A stretch of 63,943 nucleotides of DNA, counting the filler, from Octopus bimaculoides (taxonomy: Eukaryota), in NCBI RefSeq assembly GCF_001194135.2. It is 5 parts of 5 records of this genome, joined end to end, with 100 filler letters (N's around TTAATTAATTAA, not from the genome) between each part and the next. Parts side by side here need not be neighbours in the genome. Positions count along the whole stretch, not along the records: positions 32,779 to 55,178 come from NC_068985.1; positions 55,279 to 62,733 come from NC_069005.1; positions 62,834 to 63,943 come from NW_026425306.1; 2 more parts are not named here. One strand, given 5' to 3'. Every line of letters starts with the position of its first letter. The stretch's first letter is position 1. Below, piece after piece: positions 52,532-63,943 of the stretch. The translations under genes were made by a program, and so were the position numbers. Under the pieces are notes generated by a model, which saw nothing but the letters and a program-made list of their open reading frames with translations, did not search any database and was not told the DNA's origin.

Positions 52532-53632
52532 CAGGGCTGGCCACAAGATTTTAGGTGAAAGCAACACTATTGACATACATAAGGTTACAAAATCAGTCAC
52601 TAGGTTGAACTATAAAGCAAGAAAATTAAAATAGATTACAAAACAATATTTATGATATTTACTTGATTAAAAAAAATTCTTCCGCCATATTTTTTTAAAT
52701 AATACGTTTATTTTGCTTCCTTCATCTTTGTCGCCGTCTCTTGAAATGGTTCCTATTTAGTACCATTTGTGTTTCGAAGTAGTCGCTTGGTGCATAAAAA
52801 TATTCACAGTATCAGTTTTCAGTGAAGAACGATTTTTATACGTAGATAATAATCAGTTAAGAAAATATTGCTTCAGTACCAGCTAAAGACTGCAACGATT
52901 ATAGGAGATTTGTCATTAATTTTGGTAATAAAGGGAAACGGTATTTACCCCTTTACTTTTCTTGGGAAATACTGAGCAAAAATCTTCGTGGTGTCTTTTC
53001 TGATACCACTGCTGCTTCACCCTGTAATGTTGCTTTGTTTCCTTGTTAATTAATATCAACTATGATTAATTGTTTGCGATATTGCTCTGAAATAGTATTT
53101 GGAAACTATAGCAAGTTATAATATACTATATAATAGTGAGCTGAATGTCATTTTATAATATATAGAGCACTCCGTCGGTTACGACGAGAGGGTCCCAGCT
53201 GCTACGATCAACGGAACAGCCTGCTCGTGAAATTAATGTGTAAGTGGCTGAGCANNNNNNNNNNNNNNNNNNNNNNNNNNNNNNNNNNNNNNNNNNNNNN
53301 NNNNNNNNNNNNNNNNNNNNNNNNNNNNNNNNNNNNNNNNNNNNNNNNNNNNNNTGACTGCAAAGTTCCTTTGGCAACTTAAGCTTGGTGCAAAAGCTTT
53401 GAGCAACTCTAAGTTTGAGAACATATCAGGGGACAAAATTCGCTGACTCACTTGCTTTACGAGCATACATAAAATCATTAGGACTTTAGTTCTAAGTTCC
53501 TGAAGCTCATTCAAAGAAATTGTCGTATTTTCCCGTTTAATACATTTAACTTTCGTTCCAAGATAAATATCATTGACACTAAGATAAATTGAAGGATCAG
53601 TAACATTGTTCTTTAGTACATCATAGTTTAGA
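52532..53632 (-). mobile_element. Decayed hAT transposon 3' half with probable terminus, interrupted by SINE-B and a gap
   Basis: Minus strand DPSIYLSVNDIYLG...LCMLVKQVSQR...LKAFAP, then FP.LPKLMTNLL*SLQSLAGTEAIFS and RSSLKTDTVN (dimerisation-domain-like). CAGGGCTGGCCA at 52532-52543. Confidence 0.6.
53167..53253 (-). mobile_element. SINE-B 3' end
   Basis: gcactccgtcggttacgacg...acggaacagcctgctcgtgaaattaa. Confidence 0.85.
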
Positions 53633-53760
53633 GCAGTGGTTTTCGGCCACTTTTTTCCTAAGAGCCCTTTGATTCCTGTTTTACTATGGCGGACCCTCAA
53701 ACATTTTCTTTAAAAATCCTATTATATTTTTATAATTAAATATTATCAGGAATTATATAA
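53633..53760 (+). mobile_element. hAT-type MITE end (CAGTGGTT... family); related copies at 58125-58222 (-) and 61165-61285 (+)
   Basis: Shared cagtggtt.tc.acca.ttttt...ccc.ttga.tcct.ttttact motif in three places. Confidence 0.55.
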
Positions 53761-54309
53761 AAAGTAGATAGCTTTTAAACTAAAAGTTTGTATCAGAGAT
53801 GCTAGGGTGGTCTTAGACGAGTTGATATCAAAAAAGTTGAGCAATATAATTTGCACCCGCTTGTACCTGAGCATTATATTACCAAGAGTTTATTTTAAAC
53901 TGGAACAAGTAGAGTTCGTTAGATGTAGGCTGCAAAACTTTCAACTTGAAACTCAACGTTGAGCATATTTACGTTAGTAAATGCAAGGAATACAAAATGC
54001 ATTTTTGTAAGTGATTTGTCAATGCCTTAAACACTGTCGAAACCGACTGGACATTATCTTCTACCGCAGTTGATGAGAAAATAATTAAGGAACAGGCCTT
54101 TGTAGTAATGATGTTTGCACGATCTGTTCAGCTGAAAGCTACCAGGTGCAGATAACATGCAATATTTCTCTGAGACTTAATATGAATAAATATTTGGTAG
54201 TCTTTATATTCCCCTAAATGATTGGAATCAATTGACAAATATGAATATACACCATTTATCAATTCTTCTAAGATTTTATGCTGAGAATCGACTTCGTTCG
54301 CTTCCCTTA

Positions 54310-54930
54310 TGTCAATATCAGTGGGATCACTAAAGACAGAGCAGTATTATTTCTGCAGTACATCTGCCATTTCTATAGCATCATGCTGGGGAATGCCGTT
54401 ATCATCGATCAACGGACCAATGAGTGAGACAGCGTTCCTATTAGTTGCATATGAAATAGAACACTTTTGGGTTCTGTTTGATATTTTTTGATTACCTACT
54501 GTTCCTCTGCAGCTCTTTGATTTTCAGTGGAGGTTTGCATGTCGGTCTGCAGATGAAGTTTTAATAACTCCAGCCTTTTCATTGTTGTTGAATGTGGATG
54601 TTGTACGTGGGAGTATTTTAATTAGTTGATTTTTTATTGATTCTTTTGATGCGCCTGATGAGTGTTTTTTTTCTTTCTCGGGAGCCGGTTTCTGTTTGTG
54701 TTAGTGGATTTCGGAGGAGCCTTTTTTGAGCATGTACAGGTGAAAATGTCCTCAAAGTGCTGCCATACAGTCTCAATGTGAGTCGAACTGAGAGTGAAGG
54801 ACTTATTGATGAAGGACAGATCCTTTCTGATTGCTTCCCAATCCGCTCTGTGGAAGTTTATGTTGTCAAATAAATGCACTGGAGTGGGATTGGCTGGTTT
54901 GGTTTTAAAAGTTGCAGAGTATCTTGTCGT
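54310..54930 (-). mobile_element. CR1-group LINE ORF2 fragment (endonuclease-RT linker)
   Basis: INFHRADWEAIRKDL...ETVWQHF...NIKQNPKVFY(fs)SYA...IGPLIDDNG...DAIEMADVLQK*YCSVFS. Confidence 0.85.
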
Positions 54931-54935
54931 GTCGG

Positions 54936-55178
54936 AGGATCGCGGTTTCGATTCCCAGACCGGGCGTTGTGTGTGTTTATTGAGCGAAAACACCTAAAGC
55001 TCCACCAGGCTCCGTCAGGGGGTGGTTGCGACCCCTGTTTTACTCTTTCGCCCCAACTTTCTCTCACACTTTCTTCCTGTTTCTTGAGTAAAAAGCTGCG
55101 ATGGACTGGCGTCCTATCCAGCTAGTGGGGAACACATACGTCATGGAAACTGGGAAACAGGCCTTATGCTCCACAAGG
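54936..55178 (+). mobile_element. SINE-B variant, 5'-truncated, with a different (Meta/V-like) 3' module
   Basis: SINE-B body to ttcttcctgtttct, then ctgcgatggactggcgtcctatccag...gaaactgggaaacaggcc (55096-55168) in place of the usual tail. Confidence 0.75.
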
Positions 55179-56671
55179 NNNNNNNNNNNNNNNNNNNNNN
55201 NNNNNNNNNNNNNNNNNNNNNNTTAATTAATTAANNNNNNNNNNNNNNNNNNNNNNNNNNNNNNNNNNNNNNNNNNNNTTGTTTACGCATATACCTTGTT
55301 TGTTTACGTATTCGTATTTCATGTTGTTTGCACCATTGGTAACGTCCTGAAATCGGAGGTGGGTGGACACACAAACATATATACACAGACACACAAACAT
55401 ATACACACACATACATATAAATTTAATAAGGGGAGAAATTGATATTAATCAATTAAAACCAGTGGTCTAGCATATTTAAAAAAATCCGAAGATTAAAATT
55501 ATATTACATACAAAAATAAGAGGAATGACCAGCAAAAGTGGACTCCTATATACTAGAAATAGATGCCGAATCACCTAACCACGAAGAATATGTTCTCAGT
55601 AAAAATTTCAGCAAGACACCAGACTGTAAAAGGGCAAGACAAATGAAAAAAATACACTGTCTTTGTCTCAATTTATTCTGAAAATAATACAGAATTTAGT
55701 AAAATGTCTTTGTCAATTTTATGGGCTTATGAACAGTAGGTATAAGCACACCTCCTACAATTTTTGATTCTGATTTATTTAATTACCTATTTTTGAGTAT
55801 TAAAATTAATATTCAAAATAAATAGTAAGAAACCAGTGAATTCATTGGATATTATTATCCCTTAACGAGGTTTATTTAACCTCTAATTGAACTAAACTGA
55901 ATGTAGTTTTTCTGATGTTATATTTATTCCTGAAGACGCGTAAAGAAATTTTGATTTATTAAGTTTCTTAATGAATTCTTTATATTGAAATATATATTGA
56001 AGAAGATAAATATGTTCATTTGAATATATACGTTTTTGCGTCGTAACTCCTTTATTATTATTAATATAACCAAAAGGATCGATTCTTGAAGAGCCAACAT
56101 ACCTTCACTGTCGGTTTTTTTTGCTTTTTTGGTGATGACTTTTTGAGTTAGCTTACCAATTATTTTTGTTGGTAGTTAATTTATAATATATTGATATATA
56201 TATATATANNNNNNNNNNNNNNNNNNNNNNNNNNNNNNNNNNNNNNNNNNNNNNNNNNNNNNNNNNNNNNNNNNNNNNNNNNNNNNNNNNNNNNNNNNNN
56301 NNNNNNNNNNNNNNNNNNNNNNNNNNNNNNNNNNNNNNNNNNNNNNNNNNNNNNNNNNNNNNNNNNNNNNNNNNNNNNNNNNNNNNNNNNNNNNNNNNNN
56401 NNNNNNNNNNNNNNNNNNNNNNNNNNNNNNNNNNNNNNNNNNNNNNNNNNNNNNNNNNNNNNNNNNNNNNNNNNNNNNNNNNNNNNNNNNNNNNNNNNNN
56501 NNNNNNNNNNNNNNNNNNNNNNNNNNNNNNNNNNNNNNNNNNNNNNNNNNNNNNAAGTAAAAGGTAACACATTTTGCTTTCAAGAATATTTTTTTTTAAA
56601 TTGTTGTTTATAAAAATTCCCTTTTCGTTGAATTTTCTACTTTGAATCTCATTGTTTGTTTGTTTCTGCAG

Positions 56672-56845
56672 GTGATGTTGGCTGAACGTCGGGATACAGA
56701 TGAAGTGTATGCTGTGAAAGTACTTAAAAAGGATGTCATCATTCACGATGACGACGTTGAATGTACAATGACTGAGAAACGAATTTTAGCATTATCGGCC
56801 AAACATCCATTCCTGACTGCGCTGCACTCCTGCTTCCAGACTCCT
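56672..56845 (+). CDS. PRKCE: Novel PKC (epsilon/Apl II type) kinase-domain exon, subdomains II-IV, 174 nt, phase 0->0
   Basis: Acceptor tttgtttctgcag|GTG and donor CCT|gttagt. Translation [58 protein letters not shown] closely matches nPKC-epsilon (catalytic Lys, alphaC Glu). Confidence 0.96.
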
Positions 56846-56934
56846 GTTAGTTCCCTCCTGACTTTTCTCACCTTCACACCCTCACTACACAACACACACA
56901 CACTTAGATCTATGCTAACCATCATGGTTTTTGT

Positions 56935-57570
56935 TGTCTTTTATTTTGTTATTTAGCGTCAGACCATCCAAAACTCAGGAGACATACAACCAACAGTGTT
57001 CCAACAATGACCATCCTGGCTTTTGGTACAGTACATCTAGGACTACATCATCAAATATGTTCTTTGCCATATCTAAGACGATACAATGTGATTTGAGGGC
57101 GATTTGGCTGCTCTTTCTAGTAGATCAAGTGATCCCACAAGGGACCTCTTCCATAGGGTCCCTTTGAAAGTAACGGTCATCACACATTCTGGCTGGATTT
57201 CCAAGCATGACCAGGCTACCCTTAGATCTCCTGCCTGTTGTTGGGGGTTGAGTCCTCAATATCTCTTCCATAGGGTCCTATCAGAGGCAACTGTCATTAG
57301 ACCTTCTGGCTGAATTCCCTAGTGTGACCAACTGTGACTATGGATATCAACCATTTTTGGTCTACCCCTGGGTCTCCTACTGCTTGATACAACCTGAAGA
57401 ATCCTTCTTGTGGTTCTTTCCTGCAGCATTCTAATCACATCTGTAGGACTAAAGCTGTGACTTTTCAGTGCAAAGAAGCAGCCAGTGGCTTCACCTGGGT
57501 AGATGCCTTGATCACCAAACTTTCCCACTCTGTGGAGTAATGTTACTTCAGAGTCCTTCAAAGGAATCCT
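56935..57570 (-). mobile_element. RTE-clade LINE 3' fragment with duplicated terminal unit, abutting a U tail unit
   Basis: Minus strand VIRMLQERTTRRILQVVSSSRRPRGRPK..DIHSHSWS. Second unit 57130-57245, then U unit 56955-57150 with an ACAA-like tail. Confidence 0.8.
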
Positions 57571-57915
57571 CCTATTTTGTTACTTGTATTTGTGATTGTA
57601 GTCTTTCATTTGTAATTAATTAATTGCTTAAACTAATTAGAGTTATATTGAAATATTGAAAGCCATAAAAGATTTTGGAAACAAAAGCTTTTTTTTATAA
57701 TTACAGTGGGAGTACCTGTTCAGAAACTCCAATTTTTTTGGACATTTTTGTCTTAGAAAATTTTAGAATAATTATATTTTGTAAAATTATTGGCTTCTTA
57801 GTATTAATTGTATTTTTGTGGACTTGTAAGGATGGCACTCAAATTCAATGTAACCATCCAACCTAAAAAGATTTTCCAGATCTGTTGTAGGTATTCTTAA
57901 TTGGTATTTAGAACA

Positions 57916-58116
57916 GTGTCCCTCGACCATTCTTCTGGTGCTGGTGTGTTTACATCCCTGTAACTAAGCAGCTCGGCAAAAGAGACCAATAGAATAAGTA
58001 CTAGGTTTACAAAAAATAAGTCCTGAGGTCGATCTCTTTGACTAAAAACCCTTCAAGGTGGTGCTCCAGCATGGCTGCAGTCAAATGACTGAAACAAGTA
58101 AAAGAATAAAAGAATA
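57916..58116 (+). mobile_element. SINE-C 3' module
   Basis: ggtgtgtttacatccctgtaac...aataagtactagg...cagtcaaatgactgaaacaagtaaaagaataaaag. Confidence 0.88.
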
Positions 58117-58427
58117 TAAATAAAATAGTTTTTATGCACCAAATGGTTATGAGGGACCTATCCCTTTAGTAAAATAGGAATTAAAAGGGCCCATGGGTAA
58201 AAAATGGTTGGGGACCACCAATTTAGAGTGTCTCTTAATGGATTTAGGTAGTCCTATATAGAAAGGCCTTACTTATTCTAATATCTTTTCACCTATTACT
58301 TCACTCGATCCAGTCCCCATCCCCACCAAACACACACAAATTAATTAACCAATATAATTAATTCAATATAATTATCCAATATCAATCAACATATTCCTAA
58401 ACTTTCCTCCTTAGTTTCTCCTCGTCT

Positions 58428-58570
58428 CAGCTGTCCCATCTTCACCCAACCAGCTGTCCCACTTTCACATAACAAACTGTCCCATTTTCACCCAAACAGC
58501 TTTCTCGTTTTCAAAGGACAAGCTGGCCCACTCTCACACAACAGGCTGTCCCATTTTCACACAAAAACAC
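58428..58570 (+). repeat. Minisatellite, ~6 units of ~23-24 nt (agctgtcccattttcacacaa-like)
   Basis: Direct reading. Confidence 0.8.
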
Positions 58571-58789
58571 AATTTAGTCCTCCCACTAAATCGTTTTAGA
58601 TAAGATATGCTTCTTTTTTTTTTCTTTTTCTTCACCATTGTTTTACCATTTCCTTATGATTTCCTATTTTTCTAAACACTTCCAAATTTTATTCCACTGT
58701 TACATTGTTTGAAATACTTACAAAAAACCTGTCAAAATTTTATTATGAATCTCTAATTTTTAAACAAAAATCTAAGACTATTTCTCCTT

Positions 58790-59470
58790 CATCCATCCTT
58801 CTTCTCTGCCCACTATTCCTGGGAGGGTTGTTGGGGTAGAGACCTCAGGCATCTCCCCCATCAGGTCCTATCAGAAGCAACCACCACTAAATTTTCTGGC
58901 TGGATTCCCAAGTGTAACCAACCAAGGCTATAAATGTTACCCAACTATCTTGTTCTAACCCCAGGTCTCTCCTGCCTAGGATAGAGTCCTCAGGCACTTC
59001 CTCCGTAGGGTCCTATCAGAAGCAACATCTCATTACACTTTTAACTGCCTTCCTAAATGTGACCAACTGAGACTATGGATATTATCCAACCATCTTGTTT
59101 TTAGTCTACCCCCTAGGTCTCTCCTGCCAGTCATAGGGTAGAGTTCTCAGGCACCTCTTCCACGGGGTCCTATCAGAAGCAACTGTCATTACACTTTCTG
59201 GCTGGATTCCGAAGCATGACCAGCTGAGACTAAGGATGCTATCCAACCATTTCATTCTTGCTCTACTTGCTAAGTCTCTTCCTGGTTGGCTCAGCTTGAA
59301 GAATCTATTTTGCAATTCTTTCTTGCAACATTCTAATCACATGTCCATAGTGCTGGAGTTGTGACTTTTCACTGAGGAGAAACAGCAGCTCGACTTGGAG
59401 ATACTCCCTAATCTCTCAGCTACACACCCTGTCGAGTAATGTTATCCCAGAGATCCTTCAGAGGAACCCC
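58790..59470 (-). mobile_element. RTE-clade LINE 3' fragment with three tandem terminal units and GATG-type tail
   Basis: KWLDSILSLSWSCFGIQPESVMTVASDRTPWKRCLRTLP unit at ~59131, reiterated at ~58981 and ~58830. Upstream SQLQHYGHVIRML. Ends PQQPSQE* then ggatggatg. Confidence 0.82.
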
Positions 59471-59474
59471 ATTT

Positions 59475-59710
59475 AGGCCACTGGTGTTCAGCTCAACGCT
59501 GCTAAGTCAAAACCTTTCAATGTGGCAGGGATGTGTATTGTCACTTCTCCTTTTTATGAACTGGATTGACATGTGCTGCTGTTGTGGAAGTGGTACCACA
59601 ATCTGTCGGGGTAGGATCAATCAGTTAATACCTACAGATGACATGGTGCTACTTGGTTTTTCAGTAAGAGATGTCCAACATGTACTGATGCCAAGTACTG
59701 CAAGACTGAG
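59475..59710 (+). mobile_element. RTE-type reverse-transcriptase fragment, inverted relative to the adjacent 3' fragment
   Basis: QGCVLSLLLFMNWID...INQLIPTDDMVLLG.S..DVQH.L (QG/SP and YADD-equivalent motifs). Confidence 0.75.
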
Positions 59711-59735
59711 AAACTATTTTTCTTTTTTTATAATA

Positions 59736-59978
59736 GAGGATGGCCCAAAAGTAAATTTACAGTTTATCACGTAGGCACTTTAAATTTCTTTTAAAATAAA
59801 ACATTTTATTACATTTAAACTTCTATCTTACAAACTGAAAAGGGAGCTTGAGAAAATTAACTAAATTAGCATAGAATAATGGTTTCATATTTTCTTTTAT
59901 AATTAAGATCTAAACAGTTAATATATGAATGTGAAAGAGATGGTTGAATAACTGTAAACCTACTTTTGGGCCATCTTG
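59736..59978. mobile_element. Tc1/mariner-type MITE, 243 bp
   Basis: TIRs gaggatggcccaaaagtaaatttacagtt / aactgtaaacctacttttgggccatcttg. TA at 59734-35 and 59979-80. Confidence 0.85.
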
Positions 59979-60420
59979 TATTATATTTTTGTGGATGAAG
60001 TATATGGTTAGAGATAATATCAGGGTTTAGATTCTGTGTCTTTTTAATACACTTCTACATCTATGCCTTGACTCATTCCTTTATTTAACAGTCTACCTTC
60101 CCAATTTATTATTGAATACCTGAATTCCTCGTCCTTTCCAATATATTGTAAATATATATTAACCCTTTTACTGTGGAAATTAGATATATCTGTTCAAAAT
60201 TTCATTGCTTTTAACTGCAAAAAGCAGTTTATATATCAATCTACATTTTGTTGAAGAATGTCATTTACAAAACTATTTTCTGTTGAGATATATCAAGTTT
60301 ATTATGAAGCAATGTGATTTGCAGAAAATATCAATTCTATATGTTTTATAAATATATAACACTATTACTGGAATAACTATGAAATTTGATTTCACAGTGA
60401 TACGGTTAAAATTAGTAATT

Positions 60421-60807
60421 GTTGTTGTTGGCACTCTGTCACTTACGACGTCGAGGGTTCCAGTTGATCCGATCAACGGAACATCCTGCTCGTGAAATTA
60501 ACATGCAAGTGGCTGAGCACTCCACAGACTCGTGTACCCTTAACGTAGTTCTTGGGGATATTCAGTGTGACACAGTGTGACAAGGCTTACCCTTTGAATT
60601 ACAGGCACAACAGAAACATGAAGAAGGAATGAGAGAAAGTTGTGGTGAAAGAGTACAGCAGGGTTCGCCACCATCCCCTGTCGGAGCCTCGTGGAGCTTT
60701 AGGTGCTTTCGCTCAATAAACACTCACAATGCCCGGTCTGGGAATCGAAACCGCGATCCTATGACTGCGAGTCCGCTGCCCTAACCACTGGGCCATTGCG
60801 CCTCCAC
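60421..60807 (-). mobile_element. SINE-B, full length, with (CAA)n tail and ~13-bp TSD
   Basis: TSD aaaattagt(t)aatt at 60408-60420 and 60810-60823. Lies 150 nt upstream of the 60957 exon. Confidence 0.93.
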
Positions 60808-60821
60808 AAAAAATTAGTTAA

Positions 60822-61112
<291 letters not shown>

Positions 61113-61285
61113 TAAATTGCTTTCCTCTTCGTTATCCTACAAAGGATACAAATTAAAACACTAAAGCAGTGATTCTCGACAATGTTTTTTACTTTTGGAC
61201 CCATTTGGCTCCTGTTTTACTTAGATGGTCCCCATTAGCCATTCGATGTTTAAAAAGTATCCTGTAGAATTTTTATAATTAAATA

Positions 61286-62105
61286 TTACTCTTTTACTTG
61301 TTTCAGTCATTTGACTGCGGCCATGCTGGAGCACTGCCTTTAGTCGAGCAAATCGACCCCAGGACTTATTCTTTGTAAGCCTAGTATTTATTCTATTGGT
61401 CTCTTTTTGCCGAACCGCTAAGTTACGGGGACGTANNNNNNNNNNNNNNNNNNNNNNNNNNNNNNNNNNNNNNNNNNNNNNNNNNNNNNNNNNNNNNNNN
61501 NNNNNNNNNNNNNNNNNNNNNNNNNNNNNNNNNNNNNNNNNNNNNNNNNNNNNNNNNNNNNNNNNNNNNNNNNNNNNNNNNNNNNNNNNNNNNNNNNNNN
61601 NNNNNNNNNNNNNNNNNNNNNNNNNNNNNNNNNNNNNNNNNNNNNNNNNNNNNNNNNNNNNNNNNNNNNNNNNNNNNNNNNNNNNNNNNNNNNNNNNNNN
61701 NNNNNNNNNNNNNNNNNNNNNNNNNNNNNNNNNNNNNNNNNNNNNNNNNNNNNNNNNNNNNNNNNNNNNNNNNNNNNNNNNNNNNNNNNNNNNNNNNNNN
61801 NNNNNNNNNNNNNNNNNNNNNNNNNNNNNNNNNNNNNNNNNNNNNNNNNNNNNNNNNNNNNNNNNNNNNNNNNNNNNNNNNNNNNNNNNNNNNNNNNNNN
61901 NNNNNNNNNNNNNNNNNNNNNNNNNNNNNNNNNNNNNNNNNNNNNNNNNNNNNNNNNNNNNNNNNNNNNNNNNNNNNNNNNNNNNNNNNNNNNNNNNNNN
62001 NNNNNNNNNNNNNNNNNNNNNNNNNNNNNNNNNNNNNNNNNNNNNNNNNNNNNNAACCCGGAACTATGTGGTTGATAAGCGAGCTACTTACCACACAGCC
62101 ACTCC
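61286..62105 (-). mobile_element. SINE-C spanning a gap, in the intron between kinase exons
   Basis: 3' module at 61286-61435 and head at 62056-62105, both on the minus strand. Confidence 0.88.
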
Positions 62106-62161
62106 TGCGCCTATATTATTAAGAATTGTATAAAAAATTGTTAAAATATTTTGTCTTGTAG

Positions 62162-62593
<432 letters not shown>

Positions 62594-62674
62594 TAATTCT
62601 GTTCACCAATACCACCATCTTTTGATATTCTGACTAATTCTGTTGCATATATATACATACACATACATATATAA

Positions 62675-62733
<59 letters not shown>

Positions 62734-62833
62734 NNNNNNNNNNNNNNNNNNNNNNNNNNNNNNNNNNNNNNNNNNNNTTAATTAATTAANNNNNNNNNNN
62801 NNNNNNNNNNNNNNNNNNNNNNNNNNNNNNNNN

Positions 62834-63170
62834 GAGTGGCTGTGTGGTAAGTAGCTTGCTTACCAACCATGTGGTTCCGGGTTATTATCCCACTCCGTGG
62901 CACCTTGGGCAAGTGTCTTCTACTACAGCCTCGGGCCGACCAAGGCCTTATGAGTGGATTTGGTAGACAGAGACGGAAAAGAAGCTTGTCGTGTGTGCGT
63001 GCTTGGCAACCGATGTTGGTGTGTTTATGTCCCTGTAACTTAGTGGTTCAGCAAAAGATGCCGACAGAATAAGTACTAGGTTACAAAGAATAAGTCCTGG
63101 GGTCGATTTGTTTAACTAAACGTGGTGCTCCAGCATGGCCGTAGTCAAATGACTGGAACAAATAAAAGAA
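62834..63170 (+). mobile_element. SINE-C, full length
   Basis: Head gagtggctgtgtggtaag, CORE-like gtggcaccttgggcaagtgtcttctactacagcctcgggcc, 3' module. Confidence 0.92.
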
Positions 63171-63943
63171 TATATGTATATTTGTATGTGTGTGTATATG
63201 TATATACAGTGGAGGGAAATAAATATTCGTACATGTCAAAATTCTTTATTTATTTAATTTCTAATGAACATAAATGGGATATAACAATACTATATTTGCA
63301 TATTAATAACTATTTCTGAAAACCAGTGGATGTATTCCACTGAAATTAGATAAATAACCTTCCTATAGATAGTCAGTAGCGACACCTGCTGGGCTCTCGG
63401 CTGCTCTGCATTGACAAGGGGCAACACCTTGAAACAAGTCTAGTCTGCAGATGCCAAACCAGCAAGGGGAAGCTGCTGACTTCCCCTGTTCGAAGGTTAT
63501 AAAGGACACAGGTTCGTGTGTCACATAGCTAGCTAGAGGCGATGGCCTCTTGGAGCTAATCCACGGCAGCATTTGTCCTAATCTTGGGACAGCCATGTTG
63601 GCTTGGCGATAACTATTAATTTCCAGTACAGTTGCCGTAGTCTCCTTTAGAGAGACTTAGAAATATTAATAACTCTATTATATTTGCATACACATACATA
63701 AACTAAGAATATGCAAAAGAAACTAATACATTATAGTAACTAATGAATTTATATACAAATATAAATATTTAAGGGTGATAAAAGTATTCGTACAGAACAT
63801 AAATAACTGATACATACATACAGATATATAGATACATACATATAGATAGATATATACATATATATAGACATATACATACATATAGATATATACATACATA
63901 CATAGATACAGATATAAATATACATACAGATATATATATATAT

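Overview
Eukaryotic, microsatellite-rich and SINE-rich scaffold sequence with many N gaps. The repeat families, AT content and kinase sequence point to a coleoid cephalopod, most likely Octopus (inference). The only secure host gene is a novel-class protein kinase C (PKC-epsilon/Apl II type) on the + strand. Three catalytic-domain exons are visible (56672-56845, 60957-61111, 62419-62557) with canonical, phase-compatible splice sites. The gene continues beyond the window. No C2, C1 or Gly-loop exon is visible in the preceding 56.6 kb, which looks intronic. That stretch holds three or more tRNA-derived SINE families and decayed LINEs (L1/Tx1, CR1-group, RTE, R4/Dong-like RLE). It also holds DNA-transposon relics (Tc1, mariner, hAT), MITEs/foldbacks and large compound microsatellites. 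Best lead: a 94-nt exon candidate (31103-31196) plus a 13-nt microexon candidate (37017-37029) splice in frame to the kinase exon, giving MMGDEKKKRKRSKT-R-SNEQ-VMLAE..., a possible regulatory-domain-less (PKM-like) or alternatively spliced isoform. Other leads are decayed Penelope-type minimal hammerhead ribozyme motifs, a two-headed non-autonomous mariner family, a 79-bp-arm hairpin, inverted SINE pairs around the kinase exons, and a possible DD36E Tc1. Family assignments come from motif recognition by eye, with no database search. Repeat boundaries are approximate (about 10-30 nt) unless a TSD or TIR is given.
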